From: Felis catus
Taxonomy: Eukaryota
Assembly: GCF_018350175.1 (NCBI RefSeq)
Contig: NC_058382.1
Coordinates: 55,802,001-55,866,000 of the forward strand
Length of the DNA: 64,000 nt
Direction of reading: 5' to 3'
Shown one piece after another: positions 1 to 11,490 of the stretch. How positions within the stretch are numbered: position 1 is the stretch's first letter; the number at the start of each line of letters is the position of its first letter. Below the pieces are notes generated by a model. That model was not told where the DNA came from. It saw only the letters and a program-made list of their open reading frames with translations, and ran no database searches. The position numbers were made by a program, and so were the translations under genes.

Positions 1-226
1 TGTCTGACTTCAGCTTCTATTGTCTCATTTTCTCTGACTCTGACTCTCTCTCTTATGACGATCTTGTAATGACACTGGGTGCATCCAAATAATCCCAGAT
101 AATCTCCCTATTTTAAGATGCTTAGTTTAATCATATCTTCACAGTCCCCTTTGCCATGTAAGATAACATGATCACAGGAGGTTAGGACCTGAATACCTTT
201 GGGTAGCTGTTGTACCTGCCTCACTA
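1..226 (-). mobile_element. MaLR LTR fragment (MLT1-type), truncated by window edge
   Basis: 'ataatcccagataatctccctattttaagat...aatcatatcttcacagtccccttt gccatgtaagataaca' resembles the reverse complement of the MLT1 LTR 5' part (recalled consensus). Confidence 0.7.
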
Positions 227-549
227 TCTTTCTGAGTTGGTCCCAAAACCCGGATTGCTCGAGACCAACACCTCCTTGCTTGTCAAGCAAGTGTGGACTA
301 CTCCTAACAGCTGCCATGAATTTCTTGGCTGCAGGATCAGTGTTTCCATTGGATACACAGAAGGCTTGTGGTGGTGAGTTTGGCAAGCGCAACTTCCTAG
401 CCAGATAGATATCTGTGTGCCCAAAGCATCTTCCTTAAATACAATACCAATTTGATCTATACAATCACCTCTGAACTAAGAGTTATCACCTCCAGTTAAA
501 GCTAAGGTGAAGAGAAGTTAAATAATGTGCTGCCCATCTCTTACACAAT

Positions 550-760
550 ATGGTGCATGGGTGCTGGTGCCAGATGGGCCTGGATTCAAATCCAGGTCTG
601 ATTTTGTTACTTTGTGCATGTTCTCTCACCTCTCCGAGCCTCAGTTTATTCATCTGTAAGTATGTATTGTGTAGTTGTGAGTATTAAGTGAGCTAAGGCT
701 TATAAAATGCTTACTATAGAATCTGGATCAATGGCTGTTAGCTGTTTCCTGTAATTATTG
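550..760 (+). mobile_element. MIR SINE (degenerate)
   Basis: 'gcctggattcaaatcc...gagcctcagtttattcatctgtaa...gttgtgagtattaagtgag' matches the MIR core layout. Confidence 0.7.
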
Positions 761-949
761 TTACCATTAGGGTTATCACTATTTCTGAGAAATGCATTTC
801 TGTGCTTGCTGAACGTTGTTGTAATAAAACTATTGAAGTTGCTGTTATTATTGCTATAGACTAGGGGCATGCACAGAGATGATTCCCTAAGATTTCTAAC
901 CCCTAAATTTCCCTAAAACTTGGAAGGTCTAATTGAGCATATCCTATAC

Positions 950-1170
950 ACCACAGCACAGGCAGAGTGCCTTGGGCACGTGATCTCATTTGATCCCCAA
1001 ACCAAAGGCAGGAGTTACATACAACCACTGCCTTTATTTTACATATGCAGAAAATGAGGCTGGGGGAAGTGAAATGATTTGTCCAGCATAATACTGATGC
1101 TCATGGATAAAATTAGAACGCCCTGGGTCTGCCAGAGCCTCGACTCCTAATCCTAGGCCCTCTGCCTTGC
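950..1170 (-). mobile_element. MIR SINE (degenerate)
   Basis: 'atctcatttgatccc...ttttacatatgcagaaaatgaggctgggggaagtgaaatgatttgtcc' is the reverse MIR core. Confidence 0.6.
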
Positions 1171-2309
1171 TGAGTCGGTCCCTGGTGGACATGATAGGCT
1201 GTGCTATCCTCTCGGATCTCTGATGGTAGATGCACCCTGCAGCTTGGAGACCTGAAAGAGCTCAGGAAGGCTGAGAGCCAGCTGTCAGAGCTCTTTGGGA
1301 TGCCACTGTCTCAGGCAGAAATCAGTGCTTGACTCAATCCCAGTCTCACTGGGCTCCTGTCCCACAGAACAATGGGAACAGTGGGCCCCCCGGGGCATTT
1401 TCTCACACCTGCCCACAGCTGTTTCCTCATAGGCGTCCTTCATGATTGCCAAAAAAACACTTACATTGAGACTGATGTTAATGTCAAAGCACAGGATCAA
1501 CTGGGGGAATTTTTCTTAGGATAGAAAATGTCCACTTTCCAAAGTTCTGGCTGGAGCACAAGGAAGTGTTGACTTCAGTCCTTCTGGGAGTCGCTGCTGT
1601 GCATACCAACAGGGTTCCTGCCCTGTGCCGAGACAACCCAGGCTTCTAATGGGGTGTTTGTCAACACGAGGATCTATGTGGGGCCTGTGGAGGTCTTGAA
1701 TAATGTATAAAATCCACATGTTAAGGTTGATTAAAATCCTAAGTGCATTATACAACTGGAGCAAAAGGCTCTTGAGTCTCTGATCATTGAAAGTCATTGA
1801 TCTTCAAGGACTTTTGTCCTCACACTGTGCCCCCAAGACAATGAATTATGGGGCCATTGGATTTATGGGGAGACCAGCATGAACACAGGAACTCATAGGA
1901 ACATCTCCATGCCACTTCATATAGAAAGGGAATGTGCATCATATATTGGATCCTCATAGAGCCAACAAGGAAGAGAAAACACTCAGAATTTGTTTCTTTT
2001 GCTACTTTTTCCTAGACAGAAATCTCAGAGCAAGCAAGGAGTGAGAGGCCAGTTACTAGCATGTCAAGATGATGTTCTGAGCTTCATCATGGCCCATGTG
2101 TTTGATTGTCAAGGTTTCTAATGTCATCAGTGCATTAGGAATTATTGACCTCTAAGCTGGCTTGTGGGAAACAGACCTATGAACCTGGATTTCCTGGAAG
2201 AGTGGTGTTTGAGGGAACACCAAGCAGGGGTGTGGTCGCATTCGGAAACCACTCACAGGAAGGCCTTGATAAAGGCAGATGCCAGGATATCCAGACTCCA
2301 GGGAGAAAA

Positions 2310-2597
2310 TTTGACCCTACCCAGGACACTGTCTATCTTATGTCTGTCCCACCATTGTGTTTTAGAAGCTTAAAATAACTCCTTATCTGGTTTCACAGCT
2401 TTACAGATGGAGAAGAATTTTGCTTCAGGATGAATCATACCCCAAGTTTCACCCATACCTGATTCAGATGAGATTTAGATGAGGTCTTGGACATAGAGCT
2501 GATGCTGGAATGAATTAAGAATTTGGGGAATACTGGGATAGGGTGAATGTATTTTGCATGTGACAAGGACATGAATTTGGGGAAGCAGAGGATAGAG
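2310..2597 (+). mobile_element. MLT1 internal sequence, 3' remnant with purine-rich tract
   Basis: 'cacccatacctgattcagatgagatttagatgag...gatgctggaatgaattaaga...gaatgtattttgcatgtgacaaggacatgaatttggggaagcagagg' is typical MLT1-int immediately upstream of the 3' LTR. Confidence 0.75.
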
Positions 2598-3056
2598 TGT
2601 TATGAGTTAAGATTGTGTCTGCCTCTAAATTTACATGTTGAAATCCTAACCCCTGAGACCTCACAGTATGACCTTGTTTGGAGACAGGGTCTTTACAGAG
2701 GTAATCAGATAAAGTGAGATCATAGGGTGGGCCCCCTGACCCTATGAGCCCTAACCCAACATGACTGGTGTCCTTATAAAAAGGGGAAATTTAGATACAG
2801 AAAAGCTGAACACAGGGAGAATGCCAGGTGAAGGAAAGGTAAAGATTGGGGTGATGTTTCTATGAGCCAAGAAATGCCAAAGAATGCCAACAAACCTCCA
2901 GAAGCTGGGGGAGGCCTGGAGCAGACTGTGGGGACCCAGCCTCAGAAGGAGCCGGCCCTGACAACACCTTGATCTTGGACTTCCAGCCTGAGACAATACA
3001 TTTCTGTTGTTTAAGCCACTCAGTTTGTGGTACTCTGTTATGACGGCCCTAGCAAA
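2598..3056 (+). mobile_element. MaLR LTR (MLT1A/B/C-like)
   Basis: Starts TGT; contains 'gttgaaatcctaacccc', 'tttggagacagggtctttacagaggtaatc', 'gactggtgtccttataaaaagggga', and ends 'ttaagccactcagtttgtggtactctgttatgacggccctagcaaa'. Confidence 0.85.
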
Positions 3057-3756
3057 TTTTGCTGTGTTAGCTGAGGGATTCCTTTGTTCATATACATTTG
3101 ATGAGAAGTCCATTATGTAAAGCAGACAAAAGCTCTGGGTGAAGTGGGGTTTGGTTTGAAAGTCACTGACTCCTTAGGAATAGTAAACGATGCTGACATA
3201 ATAACATGGCAGCAACAACTAGCGGAGCTGCAGAAGCTTCAGGAAGCACTGTGTGGAGGAGGATTCAGATTCAGAGGCTTTGCTTAGCCTCAAGAGCAAG
3301 GCGTGCAGTGATTGACTAGTGATGTCTGTTACAGGCATGGTAGTAGGAGGGGAGTAGTGAGTAAGACCCGTGTTCCATCCCTGGAGCAGCCGAACTCCCT
3401 CATTTGGCAAAGAACAAGTCCTGCAGCCTAAAGAGAGGAAATGGCTGGCTCAGAGCCACACACTGCCTCTAGAGTCAGATGGGATGGGTGACGTTTCAAG
3501 CCTGGTTTCTATAGGCATGAGATTTACTCTCTGTCCATAGATTCACCCTGAATCACTGGAGAGCACATGCCACCCATTCAGGGAAGTCTGTATTTCCAAG
3601 ATCTTTTGACCTACAGCTGAGGTCTACACATGTTTTTATTCTTCTCTCACTGCTGGGTGTGTTGTTAGAACACCCTTTGCTCCCAGATCTCTCAGTACTG
3701 AGCCTTTTCTGTAGTTAAGTCTATTCCTTCCCCTCCAGGAGTCAGGGGCTCTAGAC

Positions 3757-3977
3757 TAGTGGTTATCAATCAGGGGTAATTTAGCAGCCAGGGTACACTG
3801 CCCCCCCCCCCCCGGGATGATTGGGCACATCTCTGGCTGTCACAACTGAGGGAGGGTGCTATGGCCTAGTGGGTCAAGGTCATGGATGCTGCTCAAAACC
3901 TACAGTGCGCAAGATAGCCCCCCACAGCAAAGAGTGATATACCTTCAAGTGTCACGTGCCAAAGTCAAGAAACTTTG
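3757..3977 (+). mobile_element. MER20 (hAT-Charlie non-autonomous DNA transposon)
   Basis: Ends tagtggttatcaa / caagaaactttg; internal 'tgtcacaactgag', 'ggatgctgctcaaaacctacagtgc'; degenerate 8-bp TSD ctctagac/ctttagag. Confidence 0.8.
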
Positions 3978-4594
3978 CTTTAGAGTTGTGCTCTTGCTCC
4001 TCATGCTTCTAGAAGTTCCCTGGGAGTTGCCTTCTCCCCCTCCCAGAGCCACACTTCCTAGAGCCTCTGTGGAAATCCCCAGCCCATGTTGGCTTAGAGT
4101 AGGAGAAGTTCTGCTGAGGGTGGCTGGGAGTGCCCTGCCAGGGTCCTGATCATACTTCCCTAATGAGTGTCACTAAGCCCCAGAACCTTGGAGGAACAGG
4201 TTCTGGTGAAGGGAACAGCAGGGGACTTTAAGGACAAGCTGCTCTCCTGAAAGTTGTTTTGTCGATTCTGCTTCTTTCCCAATGGAGTCATTGCCATGGT
4301 GACAGTTTGCATCAGCCCCTGGGGGTTGGGTTTTGAGTTTCTCTCACTGGGCAAGATGCTGGAAGGATACTGTCTAACGTGGGACTTGCGTAATAGAGGA
4401 GGAATTTTGTTATCCCTTCCGACTCTAGTCTATAGGGTTTCTTGTTTCTCTTTCTAGAGAATAAAACTTACTTTTTATAATATCATGCAATTTTAGAAAC
4501 AGGTTCTTAGTAGCTCCAGTTATGGGCTGTTCTAGAAGTCTGATGGTATTGAACAGAAATTGTTTATGTATCTGTTGTCTGGACAGACAACAGA

Positions 4595-4712
4595 TTGGAC
4601 AAGAGTTCCTTGAAGTCAGGGACCAGGTTTTGTTCACTGCTCTGTCTCAGTGTCCAGCATTATGCCTTGTGCAGGAAGCCCCAGCCTAGGTTTGTTGAAT
4701 TAAGGAATGAAG
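4595..4712 (+). mobile_element. L2 3' end fragment
   Basis: 'gagttccttgaagtcagggaccagg...ttgttcactgct...gtttgttgaatt' matches the L2 3' tail. Confidence 0.65.
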
Positions 4713-4752
4713 GCATTAGATTAGATGGGAGCTGAAGCCCAAACTTTGTTTC

Positions 4753-4801
4753 TGTGCATGCGTGTGTATGTGCGTGCGTGTGTGTGTGTGTGTGTGTGTG
4801 T
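4753..4801. repeat. (TG)n microsatellite, interrupted
   Basis: Direct read of alternating TG/CG run. Confidence 0.95.
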
Positions 4802-4879
4802 ATTGAGTCACAAGAACAGTAACTGTCACATAGTAGGTGTTCCATAAATAGTCATCAAATTAATTGTTGAGTGTTGCTG

Positions 4880-5080
4880 CTGCCTCAGTGTTTGTGCTTA
4901 GCATTTAACATATAGTAACTCACTTAAACCTCACACAACCCTAAGAAGTGGGTACTGTTCTCTCCATTTTGCAACTAGGGTCCTAGAGGTTTAATAACTT
5001 GATCAAAGTCACACAGCTAAGGAGTGGCAGAGCTGACCTGAGTCTTGATCCGGTGCTAAAATCTAAGCTTATAGGTGCTA
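4880..5080 (-). mobile_element. MIR SINE
   Basis: 'aactcacttaaacctcacacaaccctaagaagtgggtactg...ccattttgca...caaagtcacacagcta...ggcagagctg'. Confidence 0.7.
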
Positions 5081-5524
5081 CATCGTCACTTTGGATGTCA
5101 AGCAAGGACATTTGAGGCCTGTCTTTTTCCATGGCACCATCGAAAGCTTCTGCATAAGAGATGAGCCTGATGAAATCAACAGTTGGAAAGAGGCCTCAGG
5201 GAATAGTGGTAGATAGGGGAAGTTAGTGCACATCAGGGGGAGAGTCATCTAGACCAGAACAAAAGGAAGGCACTGAGAGGGAATGGCTTGAAGGAAAGAC
5301 GGGTTTCAAGGATATACATTGGCCTGGGGGCTAGGGGATGCAGAAAAATGAAAGTATTTTGGAAAAAAAATAGCAAAGTTAGGAGATGTGGGTGTAGAAA
5401 TAACAAGCTACGCTGATTTTATTTTGGAGCATGTTGAGTTTGAGGCTGCTAAGGAACATGTAGAGGGAGATGTATAAAAGGTAGTAAATCACTTTCAATA
5501 ATAAATGGGTAGAAATCCATTAAA

Positions 5525-5705
5525 AGTAACATAAGTTTAAAGAAGCATATATTAGCTTATATAACTGGAAAGGATTAGGTGCTGCCTTCAGGCATGATTG
5601 GATCCAGGGGCTCCATGAAGGTGTCAGCGTTCCACTCCTTTCCATCTCCAGAGCAGGTATCATGGTCACCAGACATCCCAAACTTATATCCTGGCATCTT
5701 AACAA
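5525..5705 (-). mobile_element. Old MaLR LTR fragment (MLT1J/K-like)
   Basis: 'attagcttatataactggaaag...cttcaggcatgattggatccaggggctc'; a similar motif recurs at 9340-9600. Confidence 0.5.
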
Positions 5706-5709
5706 CTCA

Positions 5710-5778
5710 AGGGAGAGAGAAGGAGGAGGAGAAGGAAGATGAGAAGGAGGGAGAGATGGGAAGGGAGAGAGAGAAAGA

Positions 5779-5821
<43 letters not shown>
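5710..5821. repeat. Purine-rich tract ending in (GA)n microsatellite
   Basis: Direct read. Confidence 0.95.
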
Positions 5822-5824
<3 letters not shown>

Positions 5825-6799
5825 TTCGTTGGCTCTGTCAACAGCTTCCAGACTGTCAGGCCTCTGGCAATCAGTATCCGCCACTGAGGTAGAAGAGGTA
5901 GGGGTCTGTCTACTGACAGCCCTCCAGAGTCACATAGAGAGATGGGTTAGCCCTTCAGCGTCCACCGTAATGAGGAAGTTAGTGTTTAGTATTCATTCTG
6001 CAAGAAGCACCCTAGAAAGTGGATCATTCAGAAGGCAGGATCAGAGGAGATGGTCTAGTTTATGACTTTTTAAAAGGCACTTCCCAGCTGTTTCTTAAGT
6101 CCTTTCTTGGCTTTCCCATGGGTCTCTAGGTGCTTCTCCGTGGTAAGGAATGCACTTAAGAAGCGGAGCCTGTGCCCTTAGTACAGGTAACTAAGAGTCG
6201 ATGTATAGAAAAAGGCAGCAGCCCCTTTGCAGTTTTATTGCTTGTTTTGTTCACAGTTACCTGCAATATGGCAGGGCTGCAGATGGATGGAAATATGCTT
6301 CTGTGTAACACATTTACAGCAGGGGAGAAACGCCCCCCAAAACACAACTGCTCAACGCCAAAAGCAGTCTTCGCATTTCCTAATCTGTGTTGCTTTCTGA
6401 ATACAAAGAGACAGATGATTATTGCAGTAATGGACAATTGAGCTGTGGTCAGACGCTCAAGAGGTACTTTAAACAGTTGGTCATAAATATAAAAGCAGAG
6501 TATTATGATTCACAGGAGAGGAAGATGAAAGCAAGACCCTGGTAACGGAGTCTGAGAGCTTGGAGCTGGGATTCAAAACTGGGGAAATGTAGGTCTTTAA
6601 AGCAAAAAAAAAGGGGGGGGGCTGATCTGGGCTGGGTTGAACCTCAATTTTCTGGGGATGTGTGATGGGACATGGAGATGCCTCCCCACCAGAGTCCCCC
6701 TTGCGAAAGGCTTGTGGTGGTCAGCAGATGGCCCTTCAAGGATTGCTTCAGCTGGGGTACCCACAGGCAGTGAGAGATTGAGGGGGCATGGGGCAAACT

Positions 6800-7170
6800 G
6801 AGTAGTGCCCACTGTAAGGCATCCACATTCAGAATCTGTGAATCTGTTACCTGACATGGCACAGGTGACTTTGCAGATATGACAGGACTTTAGATGGATG
6901 ATCCAGATGGACCCTAAATGCAACCACAAGGGCCCTTGTAAGAGGTAGACAGTAGCATCAGAGTCCAAGAAGGAGATAGGATGATGGAAACAGAGAGATA
7001 GAAGTAATGTGATATCAGGAGCAGAGGTTGGAAGGATGCCTTTTGAAGATGGAGGTAGGGCCACAAGCTAAGGAATGCAGGTATCTTTAGAAGCTGAAAA
7101 CAGATTTCCCCCTAGTGCTTCCAGAAGAAAGGCAGCTGTGCCAACACCTTCAGTTTAGCCCCATAAGACC
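6800..7170 (+). mobile_element. MaLR LTR (MLT1D-like), 3'-truncated
   Basis: 'tgtgaatctgttacctgacatggc...gactttgcagat...atccagatggaccctaaatgcaaccacaagggccctt...tttgaagatggagg...gccacaagctaaggaatgcagg'. Confidence 0.8.
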
Positions 7171-7199
7171 CATATGAATATGCATAAGGAAATGCATAC

Positions 7200-7445
7200 A
7201 GGCTATAAGGGCCCCGCCTTCCTAGCTCAAGACAGGACAGTGTCACAGGCAGACTCTTCTAGCTCCAGAGTGCCTTGTTGCCTTGTGGGTTGAGTCAGGG
7301 CTATGGCTGGCTTCCTCTCTGCTCACTCCTACTTCTGGCTCCTCCCTTCCACAGGTGTTGATCCCAAGGATACTTCCAAGGTCATAATATATATGCTGAC
7401 CGCCGAACAGTCACCAAGTCTGTCTCCTGGGGAGCCTGTGCTGTG
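7200..7445 (+). mobile_element. ERVL LTR fragment (LTR16-like)
   Basis: 'ctcccttccacaggtgttgatcccaagg' and 'gtctgtctcctggggagcc' resemble the LTR16 3' region. Confidence 0.55.
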
Positions 7446-8319
7446 TTGACAGGAAGTGTTCCATACTGATCCAGAACCCGAGCACTGGGTCAGCCTGTCC
7501 TGGTTTCTTAACTTGGTAGCCGTGAGTGTGTTACCTTGTCTCTTCAAGGCTCAATCTCCTTGACTATAGAATGAGGATAAAAACTCCTACATAGAGGCTT
7601 GTAGTGGAGATTGACTGAGACCCCACATGTGTACCATGTGGTACAGGGTCTAGCTTGACGTGAGTTCTTAATACCATTCTTGGTGAGGTTGATGATGGTA
7701 CAGTTGATGCTGGTCGATGTTGTTGTTGGTGGCAATGATGGTGAGGGCAGAAACAGTGACTTGAGAACTCCAGGGGCTTGTGGACAGGTTTGTGGCTTCT
7801 AAAAGACAATCTATGTAGAAAGTTCATGGTTGTTCAGATATTTGTGCTCAGGAGGGCCAGGGAGAAAAGTATGGAGAAAAGACCTTTACAGGCTGATTTT
7901 CCATATCTGCCCCTATCTTGTCTGACTCTAGAGACTTATAGGTTCTGGGTTGGATTATGGATTCCATGCTAGAATCCAGATACACACTGAATACCAGTTT
8001 CCAGGCTGGGCATTGGCCAGTCTTGAAGCTGTTTCCTGGAGTTCATTGTGGCCTTAGTTTCTAGGACTTGACTTTGCTATTCCACGGCCCAGTTTCTGAG
8101 ACTGTCTGTGCTAAGAGACAAATTGGGGACTATGTTGAGGCTGGGGGCATTGCAGACCATGTACTACCTTCCCTGAAAACAGGGGTCATGTGAGCACCAT
8201 ATAAAAAGAGACGATAGGAATAACTTTGAAAGGATTATCTGAGTTTAAATGACACTTTTGTTTTTACATGAAAAGAAGCACAAACTATATTCATGGATTT
8301 CACTATACATCTACCCGCC

Positions 8320-8320
<1 letters not shown>

Positions 8321-8366
<46 letters not shown>
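8321..8366. repeat. (CA)n microsatellite, perfect
   Basis: Direct read. Confidence 0.97.
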
Positions 8367-8369
<3 letters not shown>

Positions 8370-9339
8370 ATAGCCCCTTGAAGACTATAAAAAAATGACC
8401 CCCCTGCTTTTGTTTCTGGCCTTGGCTAGTTGAGCCTGCCAAGAATCACAGTCTGCAGGCAAGTTACTGAGGATGCTCCAAACAAGAGTTGCCACAAAAG
8501 TGCCAGAGGACCCAAACTTGGACTTAATGCATAGTTTGCAAGTCCTCAGAGTGGAGCTGGCCAAACAATTCCAACTAAATTAAACTCCACACGCTTCTCC
8601 TGGGCTGGGCCTGTGGGTGCTAAGCCCCAGCTGTCAGCCCAGCCTCACAGCTGAAGATAAATCACTGCAGAAAATGGACTATAATGAAAACACTGACAGA
8701 CCCTTCAAAGTAATGGAGCTCGGGGGTCTCCCTTTCGTTACATTCTCTATATTATGTAATTACTGCCTTGAAAATAGCCTTTTCTTCATTCTTGAGACGT
8801 GTGTCCTGGCTTTGGAACCGAGACCACCGAGCTGGAAGATGCCTTCATGCTTGGGACTGTGGGTATGTTGGGCTCAGCCTGGATCAGACCTATTGTTAAC
8901 AATTGCAGCAATTTCCTGTTTCCCAGAGGCTGGAATTGGCCGTGTCTAATCACTAGAATCATTGCACAGGAGGCCGGACAGTGCAAACAGGTCAGACACC
9001 CCTCCCATCTGCAACTGAGTTGTTTATACCCCAGTAAATGGATTTTATGCTACTTTCCTGTTCTGTAAGAAGGGGTGTGACTGAAAAAACAACAACTTCC
9101 CAAGGATGGGAAGTGGTCGGGGCCCTGGTGTGTGGGGCACTCCGTACCCTAGGGCATAGGCACAGCAGATACTGGGTTAAGGTACAGCTGGGATTCTCCT
9201 TTAAGACTTGTAAGTCCTCAAGAAGTTCTGGGCTGCTGCCTCTTTCTGACATGCCTCTGGCTTTCCTAACTACTCCAGTCTCTGCAAGCATCTAAATTCA
9301 CAAGAGGGCTTCCTATTGGAAGCAAGTAAAAATGTGTCC

Positions 9340-9790
9340 CTGAGGAAGTAATGTATTGAGAGTCTTTCAAAAGACAACCCTCTTCAAGCTGATTTAAGTT
9401 AAAAAGGGAAATGTATTGGATTACATACATATGAACTCCGTCCAACTTCAGGCATGGTTGGGTCAAGAAGGCCAAATGTGTCCTAGGATGACTGCTTTCC
9501 TCCACTTCATGCTGGCTTCATGCCTACATGGTGGCCCTTGCAAGTTCCAGGGTGATATGCTCTCAATTCCAGAATGAGTGGGGTAAAACCACTGTATTCC
9601 CAGTGGTTCTAACATGTTTCAGAACTGAAGCCCACTGAGTTGTTGGGCCATGGATACTTCCCTGAATCAATTGCTGTGGCCAATGAGATGCAGTAAGCTG
9701 CCTGGGCAGGCATGGGGCCATGCCTATTCCAGAACCCTTTGCTGTGGTAAGGAAGATCTATGCTCTGAGTGGCCATGTCTGGGCCATGCC
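9340..9790 (-). mobile_element. Old MaLR LTR (MLT1J/K-like)
   Basis: 'aaaagacaaccctcttcaagctgatttaagttaaaaagggaaatgtattgg...cttcaggcatggttgggtcaag...cttccctgaatcaattgctgtggcca'. Confidence 0.55.
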
Positions 9791-10049
9791 TCCTTCAGAA
9801 TAAATGGGGGAGTCAGCCCACTTTGGGACATGGATGGGGTTAGGAAGTGTAGTGCCAGGGAAATAGGGTACAGTTACTCAGAGAACTGGAGATTGGGTGC
9901 TAGGCAAGCAGAGGTAAAACTTGCTCCCTAGACATGACACCAGTCTATAGAAGGAGCTGGATAAGTATTTGGATGATTTTTCTCCCCAAGCAGTTAGTCA
10001 CCCTCAGTAATTGACATGACCTTGGTCCTTCCCAGATTCTCTGGGCTAC

Positions 10050-10950
10050 TGTGTCTTAGTCAATCCCCTGCCTACTACATGCTCATTGATGAGCATGGTC
10101 TACTGTGGGCCATGGAATATGGCTTCCTAGCAGCTGGAAGGGGCCAGAAGGTGAAAACTCTAAGGGTGGGGAATTGGCAACCCCCAAGGTAAACTTTGAT
10201 GAGTAGAAAATGAGAAACATTTGGAAGCAACTGGACACAGGTGTTTCTGAACTCCATGAACTCCTTCCCATAAAATTCTTCTAGAAAACTCTTGGGTCCC
10301 AAGTGAACACATCCGCTTAGAGACCTGTGTAGCAGATTCCTATCGCTGCTGTAGCAAATTACCACCAATGTAGTGTCTTAAAGCAACACAGATGTATTCC
10401 CATACAGACCTGGAGGTCATAAGTATAAAATGAGTTGTTGGCAAGGCTCCGTTCCTTCTGGAAGCTCTGCGAATAATCCATTCCTTTCCTTTGTTAGCTT
10501 CTTGAGGCTGCCTGCATTCCTTGGCTCATGGCCCCATGTCCCTTTTCTTTCTGCACTTCTGTTGCTGTGTGTCCTTCTCTGGCCCAGACCCTCCTGCCCC
10601 TCTCATAGGGACTCTTGTGATTACATTGGATCCATCTAGGTAATCCATGGCAGTCTGCCCATCACAAGATCATTAACTTAATCATAGTTTTGGAATCACT
10701 TTTGCTCCGTCAGATCACATCCACAGGTTCTGGGGATTATGATGAGGGCCACTATTCAGCTGAGCACAGCCTGTGATGGCTGTTTGAGGCTCATGGTGAA
10801 ACTCTGGCCGGCATAGGCCTGCATTGCTTCATATTTTCCTTTCCTCACTTTGTTTTTCTTCCTCACACTTGCCTCTCAGCTTGCACTTGCCAAAGAATCT
10901 TTTCTTTGATCCTTGCTCCAGGCTCTGCTTTCAGAAAGACCAAGATGAAG
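10050..10950 (+). mobile_element. ERVL LTR33/LTR16-like element split by an MLT1 insertion
   Basis: 'ggaattggcaacccccaaggtaaactttga' left of the MLT1 and 'ccttgctccaggctctgctttcag' right of it. Confidence 0.45.
10328..10768 (-). mobile_element. MaLR solo LTR (MLT1C/D-like)
   Basis: TGT...ACA termini; 'gctgctgtagcaaattaccac...cttaaagcaacacag', 'ttccttctggaagctct'; 5-bp TSD acctg/gcctg. Confidence 0.85.
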
Positions 10951-11339
10951 GAAGCTTCAAAGTACTCCCGTGGTGCCTTGTACATCCCTCTCTTGCAGAA
11001 CATCACACTCTGCGTGGCCACTTGTCTGTTTGCATGTCTGGATGAGGAGTCACATGCAAAAAGGGGCTGTGTCTTTCCCATCTGTATCCTCAGCCCAGAG
11101 ATGGGTCTGGTAGGTTCTTGGATCCTTGAATGAGTGAGTGGATGAATTGGTCTTTCAACTCCCCCAGAACTCTTGGTTTAAAGCATACTTGCTCTGGAAA
11201 TGTGTGTACTGTCATTCGTCACAATGCTTGGTGTGTGTATACATCCTTCATGCTTCAGTGGATTTTATCACACATGTTTGTGCTCAAAAGCAGAGTCATA
11301 AAAGAGAACTAGGTGAGTAAATGTTTTTTAAAGATCTAG

Positions 11340-11490
11340 GATAAGGATCTGGCTCTGCCCTTCCTGACTGTATGACCTTGGATTAGTCACTTTACCTCTT
11401 TGTACTCAAGTTTCCATGTCTATGAAATAATACTAATGATTAAATTCATCCTATAGAGTTGATTAAATGATTAATTCTGATGATCTATGG
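11340..11490 (+). mobile_element. MIR SINE
   Basis: 'ggctctgccc...tgtatgaccttgg...tcactttacctct...ctcaagtttccatgtctatgaaat'. Confidence 0.65.

Noticed and set aside
2310..3056. Intact endogenous retrovirus
   Set aside because: Only a 3' internal remnant and one LTR; no gag/pol coding sequence or matching 5' LTR seen
5579..5887. ORF with (RE)n charged tract
   Set aside because: Translation of the (GA)n microsatellite
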